Shown here in pieces: positions 50,206 through 60,148 of a stretch of 64,000 nucleotides of DNA; the stretch's first letter is position 1; every line of letters begins with the position of its first letter. The position numbers were made by a program, and so were the translations under genes. The notes under the pieces were generated by a model. That model did no database searches. It saw only the letters and a program-made list of their open reading frames with translations, and was not told the DNA's origin. This DNA is from Candidatus Latescibacterota bacterium. GTDB lineage: Bacteria > Latescibacterota > UBA2968 > UBA8231. Location of the stretch: contig CBDCXV010000010.1 of the NCBI GenBank assembly GCA_965223905.1, positions 1,792,001-1,856,000 of the forward strand, read 5' to 3'.

Positions 50206-52562
50206 TCCCTGGGGGAGCGCGGTCTGGAATCGCGTTCCCCCAAGATCTCTTCCACTACCTTGCCCGTCTTCTCCTCTGCAATCTGCCGCATCCGGTGTCG
50301 GCGAGTCTCGCGTTCGAAGTGTTCGAACGCCGCCCTGGCCCGATCCTGTTGCCCGGTCCTCTTATATAGTCTTCCCAGTTCCTGGTGGACCATGTAATCC
50401 TCCGGGACCAGGCTCGCAACCGTCGAAAGGTGCTGGATAGCGGCCTCATAGCGCCCCCTGCCGCTCTCGAACCTGCCCATGCTCCGCAACGCAGGCACAG
50501 ATTGAGGATCTACTGCCAGCGCCGTCTTCAGGTAGTGCTCGGCCTCGGCTTCATGACCTCGCTTCAAGAGCAAGTCAGCCAGCTGGCACAGGCCCTCGAC
50601 ATGATCGGGCTGCTGCTCGACCAGTATTCTGTACTCCGCCAGGGCCTGGTCATCCTTCCCCTGGACCTGGTAGAGCTGGGCCAGCTGATATCGCACCAGC
50701 AGGGAATCGGGCTTGAGTTCCAGAACCCTGCAATAGGCTGCCTCGGCTTCGGCCGGAGCGTCGCTCATCAGATACGCATAGGCGAGACGCCCGTGCAGTG
50801 CCGCCCATTCGGAGCGCCGCGGCATGAGATCCTGATAGAAGTCAATGGCCTGCTGGTATTCGGCTTTCTTCAGGAACACATCCGCCAGACGCAAGCGGAC
50901 ATCATCTCGATCCGGATAGTAAGCCAGTAGCTGCCGATAGGCCTCTATGGCGTCGTCGTAGCGCCGCCGCACCGCGTACATGGTGCCCAGCCCCAGGAGC
51001 GCATCCTCGTGGGCAGGGTCGAGTTTGACAGCGTGTCGGTACTGGCGCTGGGCATTGGCCTGCATCCCCTTTTCCTGGAAAGCCAGGCCCGTCAAGTAGT
51101 GCTGGTAGACGTCGCCTTCCGTGTTCATGGCTCCTACCCCGCGATTCGTCCCGAACAACAGCAACAGGAGGAGTACCCCGGCAAGTGCCAGCCGGGTACC
51201 GCGCTGATAGAATAGGGTCAGGAGCCCGTGCGCGGCGAAGAGCAGGAGGAACGGCACCACCGGCAGTCGATAGCGGCCGGTTACGAAGAACAGGATGACC
51301 GAGAAGGCATAGGTCGCGGTGAACAGAAGCACCAGCGCCCCGGCCGGACTCCGTCGCAAGGGTCCCATCAGACAGACCCCCAGACCGAGCAGGGCCAGCG
51401 GGGCAATCACGCCAAAGGGGAAGGCGAGGCCGTACTTCCACAGCAATCCCCGCAGCAGAGAGGAGTGCGTGCGGGCGTAGTAGGGATCCAGGTTCCTGAG
51501 TATCTCGTCGCCGCGCCAGAACAGACGAGCTTTATGCAGCAGCAGGCCGAAATACCCCACAGGATCGGATGAGACAAATGACCAGGACTGGGAAAAGAAA
51601 TAGCGCGATCCAGCCGACTTGCCGGTGATGCCCGCCTCGCGTTCGGGGCGATTGACCAGATCGACCCATTCCCGACCCGGTCTGATGGTCACGGTATGTT
51701 TGTAGTCGGGATTGTTGCCAATAAAGAAATTGACGCCGGCATTATAGGAGACCAGCACCCATTCACTGCCCACAATGCGGTTGCGCAGGGTCACCGGCGC
51801 CAGCACGAGGGCGATGCCAAGGCAAAAGGCGGCCAGCTGCAATAGGAGGCCGCGTCTCGACCTCGGCAGCAATTGGTCGGCCTCTCCATCAAAGGGACTT
51901 TCACCACGGCCTCCTCGGCGTGGGCGGCTCCGCGCATCCGGTGGAGAAGCCGGCAGAAAACGGAGAGCCCACAGGAAGACGACGGGGGCGAACAGAAATA
52001 CGTTTGCAACCAGCAGTCCCGAGCATGCCAGCAGCAGACCGGCCAGCAACCAGCGGACCTCACCGGTGCCTCGGGCAGCCCACAGCAAGGTGAGCAGCAG
52101 CACTACGTTGAGGCACGTTGCCAGTCCGACCGGCAGCAGCTCTCCCTCGAAATAGATGAAAGGGCCGTAGAGCGCGGCCGTACCGGCCGCCAGCCAGCCT
52201 GCAGTAGGGGAGGAGAATGTCCTGCGCCCCAACCAGTAGAGCGAAACGCAGGTGATCGCGCCCGCCACGGCCTGCACAAAGCGGGGCAGGTAGTAATTTT
52301 CGCCGAACAGGGCGAAGAGCAGGCCGAGAAAGTAGGGATACAGCGGCGGCTGCCAGAAAGGCTCAGAGCTACCTGCCCAGGCTCCGCTCGCCAATTGCAG
52401 CGCCTCTTCCACATAGGTCCCGGCATCGACCACGGGGGTGTCGAACAGAGGACTTTCAGACGCATGATACAGGTAGAAAAGCCGCAGGGCCAAGGCCAGC
52501 CCCGCCAGCAGGGCCAGCCTGGCCCCTGTGCTCCGCCATCCTATGCTGCCGTGGCTCCTCAA
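50199..52562 (-). CDS. GT-C fold (ArnT/PMT, GT39-like) glycosyltransferase with C-terminal TPRs
   Basis: LRLFYL..P.VD...Y..A, FWQPPLYPYFLG, PVTLRN, NAGVNFFIGNNP, FFVTGRYRLPVVP; about 8 TPRs; TTGA overlap with upstream gene. Confidence 0.85.
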   Translation of the reverse strand: MRSHGSIGWRSTGARLALLAGLALALRLFYLYHASESPLFDTPVVDAGTYVEEALQLASGAWAGSSEPFWQPPLYPYFLGLLFALFGENYYLPRFVQAVAGAITCVSLYWLGRRTFSSPTAGWLAAGTAALYGPFIYFEGELLPVGLATCLNVVLLLTLLWAARGTGEVRWLLAGLLLACSGLLVANVFLFAPVVFLWALRFLPASPPDARSRPRRGGRGESPFDGEADQLLPRSRRGLLLQLAAFCLGIALVLAPVTLRNRIVGSEWVLVSYNAGVNFFIGNNPDYKHTVTIRPGREWVDLVNRPEREAGITGKSAGSRYFFSQSWSFVSSDPVGYFGLLLHKARLFWRGDEILRNLDPYYARTHSSLLRGLLWKYGLAFPFGVIAPLALLGLGVCLMGPLRRSPAGALVLLFTATYAFSVILFFVTGRYRLPVVPFLLLFAAHGLLTLFYQRGTRLALAGVLLLLLLFGTNRGVGAMNTEGDVYQHYLTGLAFQEKGMQANAQRQYRHAVKLDPAHEDALLGLGTMYAVRRRYDDAIEAYRQLLAYYPDRDDVRLRLADVFLKKAEYQQAIDFYQDLMPRRSEWAALHGRLAYAYLMSDAPAEAEAAYCRVLELKPDSLLVRYQLAQLYQVQGKDDQALAEYRILVEQQPDHVEGLCQLADLLLKRGHEAEAEHYLKTALAVDPQSVPALRSMGRFESGRGRYEAAIQHLSTVASLVPEDYMVHQELGRLYKRTGQQDRARAAFEHFERETRRHRMRQIAEEKTGKVVEEILGERDSRPRSPRDQ

Positions 52563-55237
52563 TTCCCCAGGCCGGCGTACATGGTGATGAAACCCTCGGT
52601 GGTGGTATCGGCCTCTTGTTCCTTGAAGTCTCTCCTGTCCACCTTCATGCCTATCTGGGTCGTCAGTACATAGCCCAGATAATGGCTGGCATTGGCCAAT
52701 TGCACAGCCACAGCCAAGCCGCGGAAGTCCTTTGCGTCCTCCCGGAAATCGTTGGCAAAGGTGTACTCGATCCCGGATTGCACCGTGGTGCGCTTAAGCA
52801 CTGGAAATCCCAGTAGAAGTCCGAGAATCTCCGTCAAAACGCGCTCTTTGTCGGTGGAGAGCAATCCTCGGGATTGCCAGCGCCACTCGCTCTTCCATCT
52901 CGGTTCCAGGGTGAAATTCCCGATTGGGTAGCGGTAGCTGACCTTGTTGATGAGGCCGAAGAAAAAGTCGTTGGCCCGCGCCAGGCCGAGAGCCTCCCTT
53001 GTTTCCCTATCCTTGCGCTGATGGTAGAAGTCGTACTTCAGATAGTCGGCAATATCCAGGCCCCCACGGTCGTAATCATGGCCGACCCAGAACGAATTGA
53101 TCCAGGTATCGCGGGCGAGCAGGGGATCCTCCACCCTCCTCGGCAGTCCGTCCTTCACTGTGACATCCGGAAACCACTGGAGCAGATCGTCGGGAATATC
53201 GTCTTCCGCCCGCTTGACCATCTCCATCAGGCGCAACCTGCCCAACGTCGGGGTTCTTTGATCCAAAGTGAATAGAGCATAAGAGGTGTGGTTCTTTTGA
53301 CCGGACGAGATCAGATCTTCGCGCAGATGTCCTAAAGTAACCCGGACATCGGGGGTCAGGTGGTAGCCAAAGTAGGCATTGAATCCGCGGTGATCATTCG
53401 CATAAGGGTAGTCTGGCTCTTCGTCGTTCTCGAACCGGTCGACCCATTGGTTGTTGTTCATATCGACGCCGAACAGTTGTTCGGGACGATCCACATTGTG
53501 CCTCAGAAAAGCCTCTTCGTAATCCGGAATATCGTTGGTGCGACGGAAGTTATCGTTCTGGTTGAAGTCGGGGACGAAGTCATTGTTCTCGTCCCACCCG
53601 GGAAATACCCTGCGGTCACCCTGGCGCCAGTCTGCCCGGATTGCATCGGGAAAGCGGTCCTGGTCGTCGTTGTCGTCGACCAGCTCTACAACGTGCTGGC
53701 GAGTGTCTTCATAATCGATGGATCCATCTGGGCGCGTGACAAAGGTCCGCGTACTGTAGAGCGGATCCATGCTGTAGGCTTCGCCGAAGAAGAACCAGGG
53801 GTGGGCGACCTTGGAGAGATTCATCATCCAGGCCGGTGCCGTCCGGCGCCCCGAGATGCCCGAGGAGGTCGAGTGCGACTTGCGCGTGATATTGGGATAC
53901 TGGCGGTAGGTCAGACTCAGATCGTACTCGCCGTAGAAATTGAAGCCGCGCACATTGTTAATCTCCACAGTACCGCCCACGATCTGAGTGGCGGTAGGCA
54001 GACCGTATTCGAACTCGAGCACCCTCAGATTGGTGTTGTCCTGCACATTGCCCTCGGCTTGCGCGACCAGCAGCAGCACCGGTTGACCCGATGCGTTGGT
54101 CTGGCGGTCGGAGCTCATCCAGACCTGGTAATCGTTGCCGATCGTCATGCTGAATTCCACTTTTTTGATCTCCTCCTTGGCCCCGCTGGAACGATTTACG
54201 AACGCAGGACTGTCGAAATCGAAGAGGATTTTGATCTCTTCCGTGCCATCGGCTGAAAGGAATCCCTCCTGCACGAAGCCCCCCTGGATGACCGGCTCGA
54301 AGCGGATGTCTCTTCCCTTGTCGGTCTTGCCATTTGTGTAGGTGATGAAGATGTCCAGGGCGTCCCGGAAGAAGGCGGCCCCGCCCTCCCCATCCTCCGG
54401 GGAATCGTCTCTGAGCACGATTTGGATAGAGGAGATCGTGGAGTTCTGGTCGATAGTAAGAGCTCCCGCTACGGGGTTGCCCTTGAACCCGCTGACCAGG
54501 GTGTTCGACTGGTGGGTGTTTACGAACTGCAATCCGACACTGGTGAAATCGCCAATCTGAGCCTTGACGCGGCCTCCGGACAGGGTGGTGAGATTGGTCC
54601 TGACCAATTCCTGGTCGAGCGTGTGGACACCTCCGGGACTGCTGACGCGCGAATAGACCAGAGTCCCTTCGTACTTGTCCATGGCAAAATCGAACTGGGT
54701 TCCATCCCAGAGCGGCTTCGCAAAGGTCATAGGCGTCAGGGTTGTGCGGAGTTGATTCGATACGGTCAGGGCGTAGTGGTACTGACCTTTCTGATCCGAA
54801 GCAATCGCCACTCCCGAGAACCAACCGTCAAATCGCTTTGCCTTGGTCAGCGAACTGCCAAACTGGCGCGGTTGGGTCTGGGAGTTGTCAAAAATCAGCC
54901 AACCTCGGGTGACGAAATTTCCAAACAGGTCGTAGAAATAGTCCCCTTCCAGGGAGGTATTGACGTAGCGCTGGTAGTGGTCCCTGGCATAATTGGTATA
55001 TTCCCATTGCCTCCACTTGTACTCGTTGTGGAGTTCCTGCGGGACGTACCATTTCTTCACCGCCGGATCCAAAGCACCGAACAAAACGCCCGGCCCGTAC
55101 GGAGCGAAACTAACTTTCCCGCCCCGTTGCGTGCCGAGGCGGGTCCCGTAGTCCTGGGCGGTGACCCGATCGACCACCCCTGCAACCAAGCACGCGATAG
55201 AAGCGACATGCAGGATATACCTGTTTATTGTTTTCAT
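52559..55237 (-). CDS. Large exported protein, predicted outer-membrane beta-barrel with Asp/Asn-rich loops; unknown family
   Basis: GGGAGGGA RBS; signal VTA-Q; many amphipathic strands (FNFYGEYDLS, GFNAYFGYHL, FFFGLINKVSYRY, GFITMYAGLGN*); DDNDDQDRFPD/DENNDFVPDFNQNDN. Confidence 0.65.
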   Translation of the reverse strand: MKTINRYILHVASIACLVAGVVDRVTAQDYGTRLGTQRGGKVSFAPYGPGVLFGALDPAVKKWYVPQELHNEYKWRQWEYTNYARDHYQRYVNTSLEGDYFYDLFGNFVTRGWLIFDNSQTQPRQFGSSLTKAKRFDGWFSGVAIASDQKGQYHYALTVSNQLRTTLTPMTFAKPLWDGTQFDFAMDKYEGTLVYSRVSSPGGVHTLDQELVRTNLTTLSGGRVKAQIGDFTSVGLQFVNTHQSNTLVSGFKGNPVAGALTIDQNSTISSIQIVLRDDSPEDGEGGAAFFRDALDIFITYTNGKTDKGRDIRFEPVIQGGFVQEGFLSADGTEEIKILFDFDSPAFVNRSSGAKEEIKKVEFSMTIGNDYQVWMSSDRQTNASGQPVLLLVAQAEGNVQDNTNLRVLEFEYGLPTATQIVGGTVEINNVRGFNFYGEYDLSLTYRQYPNITRKSHSTSSGISGRRTAPAWMMNLSKVAHPWFFFGEAYSMDPLYSTRTFVTRPDGSIDYEDTRQHVVELVDDNDDQDRFPDAIRADWRQGDRRVFPGWDENNDFVPDFNQNDNFRRTNDIPDYEEAFLRHNVDRPEQLFGVDMNNNQWVDRFENDEEPDYPYANDHRGFNAYFGYHLTPDVRVTLGHLREDLISSGQKNHTSYALFTLDQRTPTLGRLRLMEMVKRAEDDIPDDLLQWFPDVTVKDGLPRRVEDPLLARDTWINSFWVGHDYDRGGLDIADYLKYDFYHQRKDRETREALGLARANDFFFGLINKVSYRYPIGNFTLEPRWKSEWRWQSRGLLSTDKERVLTEILGLLLGFPVLKRTTVQSGIEYTFANDFREDAKDFRGLAVAVQLANASHYLGYVLTTQIGMKVDRRDFKEQEADTTTEGFITMYAGLGN

Positions 55238-55308
55238 GATCCCTCCCTGCTGCACGAAGGTCCTTCCGCCCTTTTGACTAGAGCGGCTGAAATGCCGCGG
55301 TCTATACC

Positions 55309-58300
55309 TTAATAGGCGACGGCCACGATTCGGGACAAGGTCATATTGGCTGAATCATCTGCATCTACATCCAGGTGGAGCTGGCAGATATAGAGTCCGG
55401 GCGGGACCTTGAGCCCGGCATGGTCGACCCCCGACCAGCGCAACGCGTGCGCCCCCCCCCGCGCCAGCTCAGATCCTTCCCACACCCGTCGACCGTCCAG
55501 CCTGTAGATCCGCAAGCGCACCTGCCGGTCCGCTGTCACCTGGAACACGGAGAACGACACGGTCAGTTCATCGTTGATGCCGTCGCCATTGGGGGTGAAG
55601 GGATTGGGCGTCAGCACCACGTCGTCGAGCACCTTGCCGCCCACGGGCACGCTGAGGGACAGGCCCCGGCCCTCGGTCAAGGCGGTGGCATCGCCGCCGT
55701 CTACCTGCTGCCACACAGGTTCGCCCGCCGGCGAGAGCTGGTCGGACTTGCGCACCAGCGCCTGCAGGGTCGTATTGAGAAAGACCGTCGCTGCCACCCG
55801 CACCTGCAGCAGGCGACCCCCGCCCCGGGTCGTGCCCCGCTCCGAGCGCGGCAGCCGGTCGTAGGCCTCCTTAGTCAGGGTGTCGCCGGGCACCGTGTTA
55901 GTCGGGGAGTCGGCCTGCATCGCGAAGGGGAACTCGGCTCCCGCGCCCGACAGCTTGCGAAAATAGCGGATGGGCCCTTGCTCCCCGGCAGGCAGTTCGT
56001 CGTAGGCAAAGTCGGCAACCTTCTCCAGTCGCACCTGGCCAGAATCGTCGGTGATCCGTTGGAAAAAGAGGATCTGGCCCCGCTCGTCCTCGGGCAAGAG
56101 CCCATAGGCCGCTTCGGACATAACCTCGCCGTCGTGGCCGACCACGACCTGGTCGCCCTCACCGGTGATGCGGTGGTAGCGTTTGGGCACCAGTTCGGCC
56201 GGAGCGCTCTGCATCAGAGCCGGCATGCGAAACCCCACTGCGCCACCGCCGCGTTCCAGCAACTCCAGGGTGTCGCCGGCCGCGCTGGCAAAGATCTCGC
56301 CCGTGGGTTCAAAGACCTGATAGGGCTGCTGCTGCAAGAACTCGGCTTCAGTGCCGGAGCGCACCCCTACCAGGCGCAGATCCAACTCGGCCGGTCCCTG
56401 CAGGCGAACCTCGTCGAAGCCGGGCGTCCGAAGGCCAGAGGGGGCGTCGACAAAGGTCGAATTAAGGTAGATATCAAAGGTGTCCCGCAGCCCGGCAGTG
56501 GCTTGCTGCGGCCATATCTCGCCAGTGAGGCTGCGGGCGACAGGATCGAACATTTCCACCTCGATCGAGCTCAACGTTGCCGCTTTCTGGCGGTCGTGAG
56601 TGATCAATCTGGCCTCGATCTGCATGAACTGCCGCAGGCTGGGCGAGGTTACGTGATCGCCCGGCTGCAGGTTTGGGCGACTCCACGCGCTCCAGCCACT
56701 ACCCACGGCAAAGGAGGTATCGATGGGGCCGCGAAACTTGGGAGGCAGCTCATCCCACTCTTCAAAGGTCTTTTTATCGATGCCCGTCGAGGTGAGGTAG
56801 CGGATGTTTTCCACCAGCAGATCGCCGGTGCGGGTGCGGATTTCCACTTCGGTGCCGGGGGGTTGCTGCTCGGGACCTGGACTCCAGCGTATGGTGCCCA
56901 GGTTGCGCGGCCCGGGAAGGCGGATGAATCCCGAGGTTATGCTCGCCTCGGCCACATAACCCGCCGAATACATCAGGAGCTCCCCCAGCTCGAATGAGTA
57001 GCCGCCGGCCCGGTAGTTGGTCGTTGTATTTCTCATCTCCAGGTAGCGCAGCTTGACCGGCGGGTCGTAGATGTCCGAGATGAAGACGAACTGGTTGATC
57101 AAGTTGTCCTCCCGCTCCCGGGGGCTGACCCTGCGCCACTTGAGCGCTCCCGTGGCATCCCGGGACCCGTCCGAGCCCCGCACGATATACCCTTCTATGA
57201 ACGTCCCGTCTTTTCTTGAGATACCCATGGCAGATGCGACGCGGATGTTGTCCAGCCACATCAGCGCCCCCAGATCAACGGTCATCACCGCCCGATCACT
57301 GACGTAGGGAGACCAGACCAGGAACCTGAAGGAGCTGCCAAAGTCGGCGTCGAAGCCGGACCCGGCCTTGTAGGGACCGGTCATGTCCACCGCGCCCCCC
57401 GGGCCCAGCACCCCCGGCGAAAGATTGTCGCCCCAACCCCACACTTCCACCTCGCTAAGCCGGGGCCGCTCGCGAACATAATACTCCTGCCTGCCCTGAC
57501 GCTGTGGACCCAGACTCTCGTATATCTCCTGTGCCACCGGCTCCTCGAATCCGGCCTCGTCCCGGATGTAGTAGACGATCTCGCCCCGCTCCCCCGCGGG
57601 CAGCGCCTCCCACGCCGCCGGCGTCACCTGACGCCCCCGGAATCGCTTGCTGTCCGTCACCAACACCCGAATCGTCTCCACCAGCCGCCCCGTCCAGGAA
57701 GGGTCCGTTCCCGGCTGGACAAACCGGGGCTCGCCCTGTGCCGTCAACTCGAAAACCCGCTGCTCGGTGTTCGGCGCAATCGTCCCGCCCACCACACTGA
57801 AGTTCCCCCACTGGTATTCGTTGGTCGAGCCAAACTCGCTCTCCTCCGTCAGCAGCACCCGCTGTTCCGGCGAAGCCAGCACCCGAAACTGGCGAAAGGG
57901 ATCCCCCTCGGCCTCGTCGACAAAGTGCAGCACCACCTTTTCGACCACTACCACCCGACCCAGGTCGATCTCCACCCACCAGTTGTCAGAAGTGTCCGCC
58001 AGGTCCGGTTCCCAATACGTCGACGGATCCCCATCGAGAATGTAGGCCGCAGAATCCACATTCGAACCCGCCCGGCTGATCCCCGGACGAACGAAATAGG
58101 CGTACTCGGGAAACTGCTCCTTGGATTTGGTCTCAAACGTCTGCCGCGAGCGAACACCGGTGCGCTCGTTGCGCAAAGCAAGTGCTACCTCCTTGTCGCC
58201 ATTCATCGTCGTGTCGGTGATGGTGAACAAATCCCCGGCCAGGACGATGCGGGTGACATCGCTCGGAATGCGGCCGAAATCCTGGTCCAGGTACTTGCCG

Positions 58301-58671
58301 ATCTTCTCCTCCGCCAGCTTGAGTTTCCCCTCCCGGTCAATAACCGGCGTGCGATCCACCGTCCGGATGGTCCGGTCTACCCCGCGGATCCTGGGCGCGT
58401 CGATGGGGCGCCGGAAACTGGCCTGGTCCTCGGCCAGGATGTTGTAGACGTGCCGGAAAAAGTGGGGCCGGACCTGCCCATCGACGAGGTCCAGGACGTG
58501 TTCGGGCCGGCTCCACTGGGCCCAGTGCTCCTGGGTCTCGACGATAATCTGGGTGTCGGTGACGTCGGCCGACTGGGCTCGCGAGTGGGAAATGCCGATC
58601 CCCACGATTGCCACCCACGCCAGTCCGATCCAATGCCACCTCATCCCAGGAATGACCTCCGTCTGGTGCAT
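55309..58671 (-). CDS. Large secreted protein, two discoidin-like domains + T9SS/FlgD-like tail (paralog 3)
   Basis: AAGGAGA RBS before ATG 58671; signal SRA-Q; ILDGDPSTYW..WWVEIDLGR, LSEVEVWG, PNPFTPNGDGIND, W.G.D..G..VPPGLYI. Confidence 0.82.
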   Translation of the reverse strand: MHQTEVIPGMRWHWIGLAWVAIVGIGISHSRAQSADVTDTQIIVETQEHWAQWSRPEHVLDLVDGQVRPHFFRHVYNILAEDQASFRRPIDAPRIRGVDRTIRTVDRTPVIDREGKLKLAEEKIGKYLDQDFGRIPSDVTRIVLAGDLFTITDTTMNGDKEVALALRNERTGVRSRQTFETKSKEQFPEYAYFVRPGISRAGSNVDSAAYILDGDPSTYWEPDLADTSDNWWVEIDLGRVVVVEKVVLHFVDEAEGDPFRQFRVLASPEQRVLLTEESEFGSTNEYQWGNFSVVGGTIAPNTEQRVFELTAQGEPRFVQPGTDPSWTGRLVETIRVLVTDSKRFRGRQVTPAAWEALPAGERGEIVYYIRDEAGFEEPVAQEIYESLGPQRQGRQEYYVRERPRLSEVEVWGWGDNLSPGVLGPGGAVDMTGPYKAGSGFDADFGSSFRFLVWSPYVSDRAVMTVDLGALMWLDNIRVASAMGISRKDGTFIEGYIVRGSDGSRDATGALKWRRVSPREREDNLINQFVFISDIYDPPVKLRYLEMRNTTTNYRAGGYSFELGELLMYSAGYVAEASITSGFIRLPGPRNLGTIRWSPGPEQQPPGTEVEIRTRTGDLLVENIRYLTSTGIDKKTFEEWDELPPKFRGPIDTSFAVGSGWSAWSRPNLQPGDHVTSPSLRQFMQIEARLITHDRQKAATLSSIEVEMFDPVARSLTGEIWPQQATAGLRDTFDIYLNSTFVDAPSGLRTPGFDEVRLQGPAELDLRLVGVRSGTEAEFLQQQPYQVFEPTGEIFASAAGDTLELLERGGGAVGFRMPALMQSAPAELVPKRYHRITGEGDQVVVGHDGEVMSEAAYGLLPEDERGQILFFQRITDDSGQVRLEKVADFAYDELPAGEQGPIRYFRKLSGAGAEFPFAMQADSPTNTVPGDTLTKEAYDRLPRSERGTTRGGGRLLQVRVAATVFLNTTLQALVRKSDQLSPAGEPVWQQVDGGDATALTEGRGLSLSVPVGGKVLDDVVLTPNPFTPNGDGINDELTVSFSVFQVTADRQVRLRIYRLDGRRVWEGSELARGGAHALRWSGVDHAGLKVPPGLYICQLHLDVDADDSANMTLSRIVAVAY

Positions 58672-59007
58672 GGAAAATCTCCTTGATCGGGATCGAATTC
58701 CCGTAATGTGAGCCGGAGAATCTTGATCGCTACGGCAGTGGCTAATCCAGTCGTTAATATAACCTATTTGACTGCCGTTTCCGACGAGACAAAGGAGGCG
58801 GGAACCAAGCGGTTCATGAATGTTAACGACCATTCACATGGCACGCCGCGCTCGTAACGACATGGTGCTGTACTCAGCCAGCAGCGCTGAGCGGCTATCA
58901 AACCCAAGATGGCGCAATTCAACGAAATGGCATTTTATTTGGGCTATATCCGGGTTTTTCGAAGGGCCATTTTTAGCGTTTACAGAGGGAAATATTGCCC
59001 TATTCAT

Positions 59008-59054
59008 ACTGTACGGAATCCGACTGTACGGAATCCGACTGTACGGAATCCGAC
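59008..59054. repeat. 15-bp tandem repeat x3
   Basis: ACTGTACGGAATCCG x3 (+AC), giving (VGFRT)n at the transposase C-terminus. Confidence 0.97.
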
Positions 59055-59546
59055 CGGAATCTGCGCAGGGATATCGAGGTCTCCGACGCACAGGTAGATC
59101 AGGTCGGAAAAAGCCTCCAGCGTCTTGAATCCACTGGCGCGGTTCTTGACCATGCGGATGATGCGGTTGAGGCCTTTGGCGACGGCGTTGGTCAGGTGCG
59201 TGTCGACGAAAGCGGTGATGCCGGCCGCATGCTTGCGCACGGTGTTGACGAACGTGCGCAAGGGCTGCAGGCGGCTGCGCTGGGCGTCCGTGGTCCACTC
59301 CTTGAGGAAGCATGCGGCCGCCCAGCGCGCCTTGTAGCGCCAGAAGTGCTCGAACTCGTCCTTCAGCCGCCAGGCGCGGTAGATACGCCGGTTGGCCTTC
59401 TCCAGGGTTTTGAGCGTGCGCCGGTCCTTTCGCGAGCGATGGGCCGAAGGGCGCAACAGCACCCAGCGCAGGCCCTTGAGCAGCTTGCGGTCCTCGCCGC
59501 AGGCCGCCGATGAAGGTCGCGCTCAGGTCGCAGCAGGCCCAGCGGA

Positions 59547-59570
59547 CCTGCCTGTGCCGCGGCAGACAGG
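59547..59570. repeat. 24-bp palindromic mini-insertion
   Basis: CCTGCCTGTGCCGCGGCAGACAGG; removal restores KAR-I-RWACCD. Confidence 0.8.
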
Positions 59571-60148
59571 TGCGCGCCTTCTGGAAGGCGCTGAGCCGGT
59601 CCCGAAAGAAGGCGTCGATGGTCTCCCTCGCCTTGCCCTTGCCGACCCAGACGACGCAGGAACGCTCCAGGTCGTAGACCAGGGTGGCGTATTTATGGCC
59701 CTTGGCGTAGGAGACCTCGTCGATGCCCACCGTCTTCAGCCCGCGGATGCGGTGCCCCGTACGCCGACGCGCGATGAGGCGGTGCAGGAGGTCGGACAGG
59801 GTCGAGGGAGCCAAGCCCAGCAGGCGCGCGGCGGTGACCTGCGGCATCCACTGGCAGTACTTCAGCAGCAAGTATTCGAAACGATAGCTGACCTGGGCCG
59901 ACGGAGCCGCCCAGGGAACCTCCTCGACGCGACGGCCATGGGTCGGACAGCGCATCTCTCGAGGGGCGTGATGCAGCCAGAGGGTACGGCCGCAGACGCG
60001 GACATCGCGCCAGCGACGGGGCTCCATGACCTGAACGATCTTGCCCCGGCGTCAGCACTTGGGACACCGGCACCCGTTCTTGTGGGGCTTCACCGCAACC
60101 ACGACGGCTGCTTCCTGCCCGCGTCCTTCGAACCACACGTCGACAGCG

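Noticed and set aside
59008-59054. 15-bp repeat x3 as a CRISPR array
   Set aside because: No spacers, too short, no cas genes; simple slippage at the transposase end
60052-60054. In-frame TGA after CPKC as selenocysteine
   Set aside because: It follows rather than replaces the Cys, and the gene has other inactivating lesions
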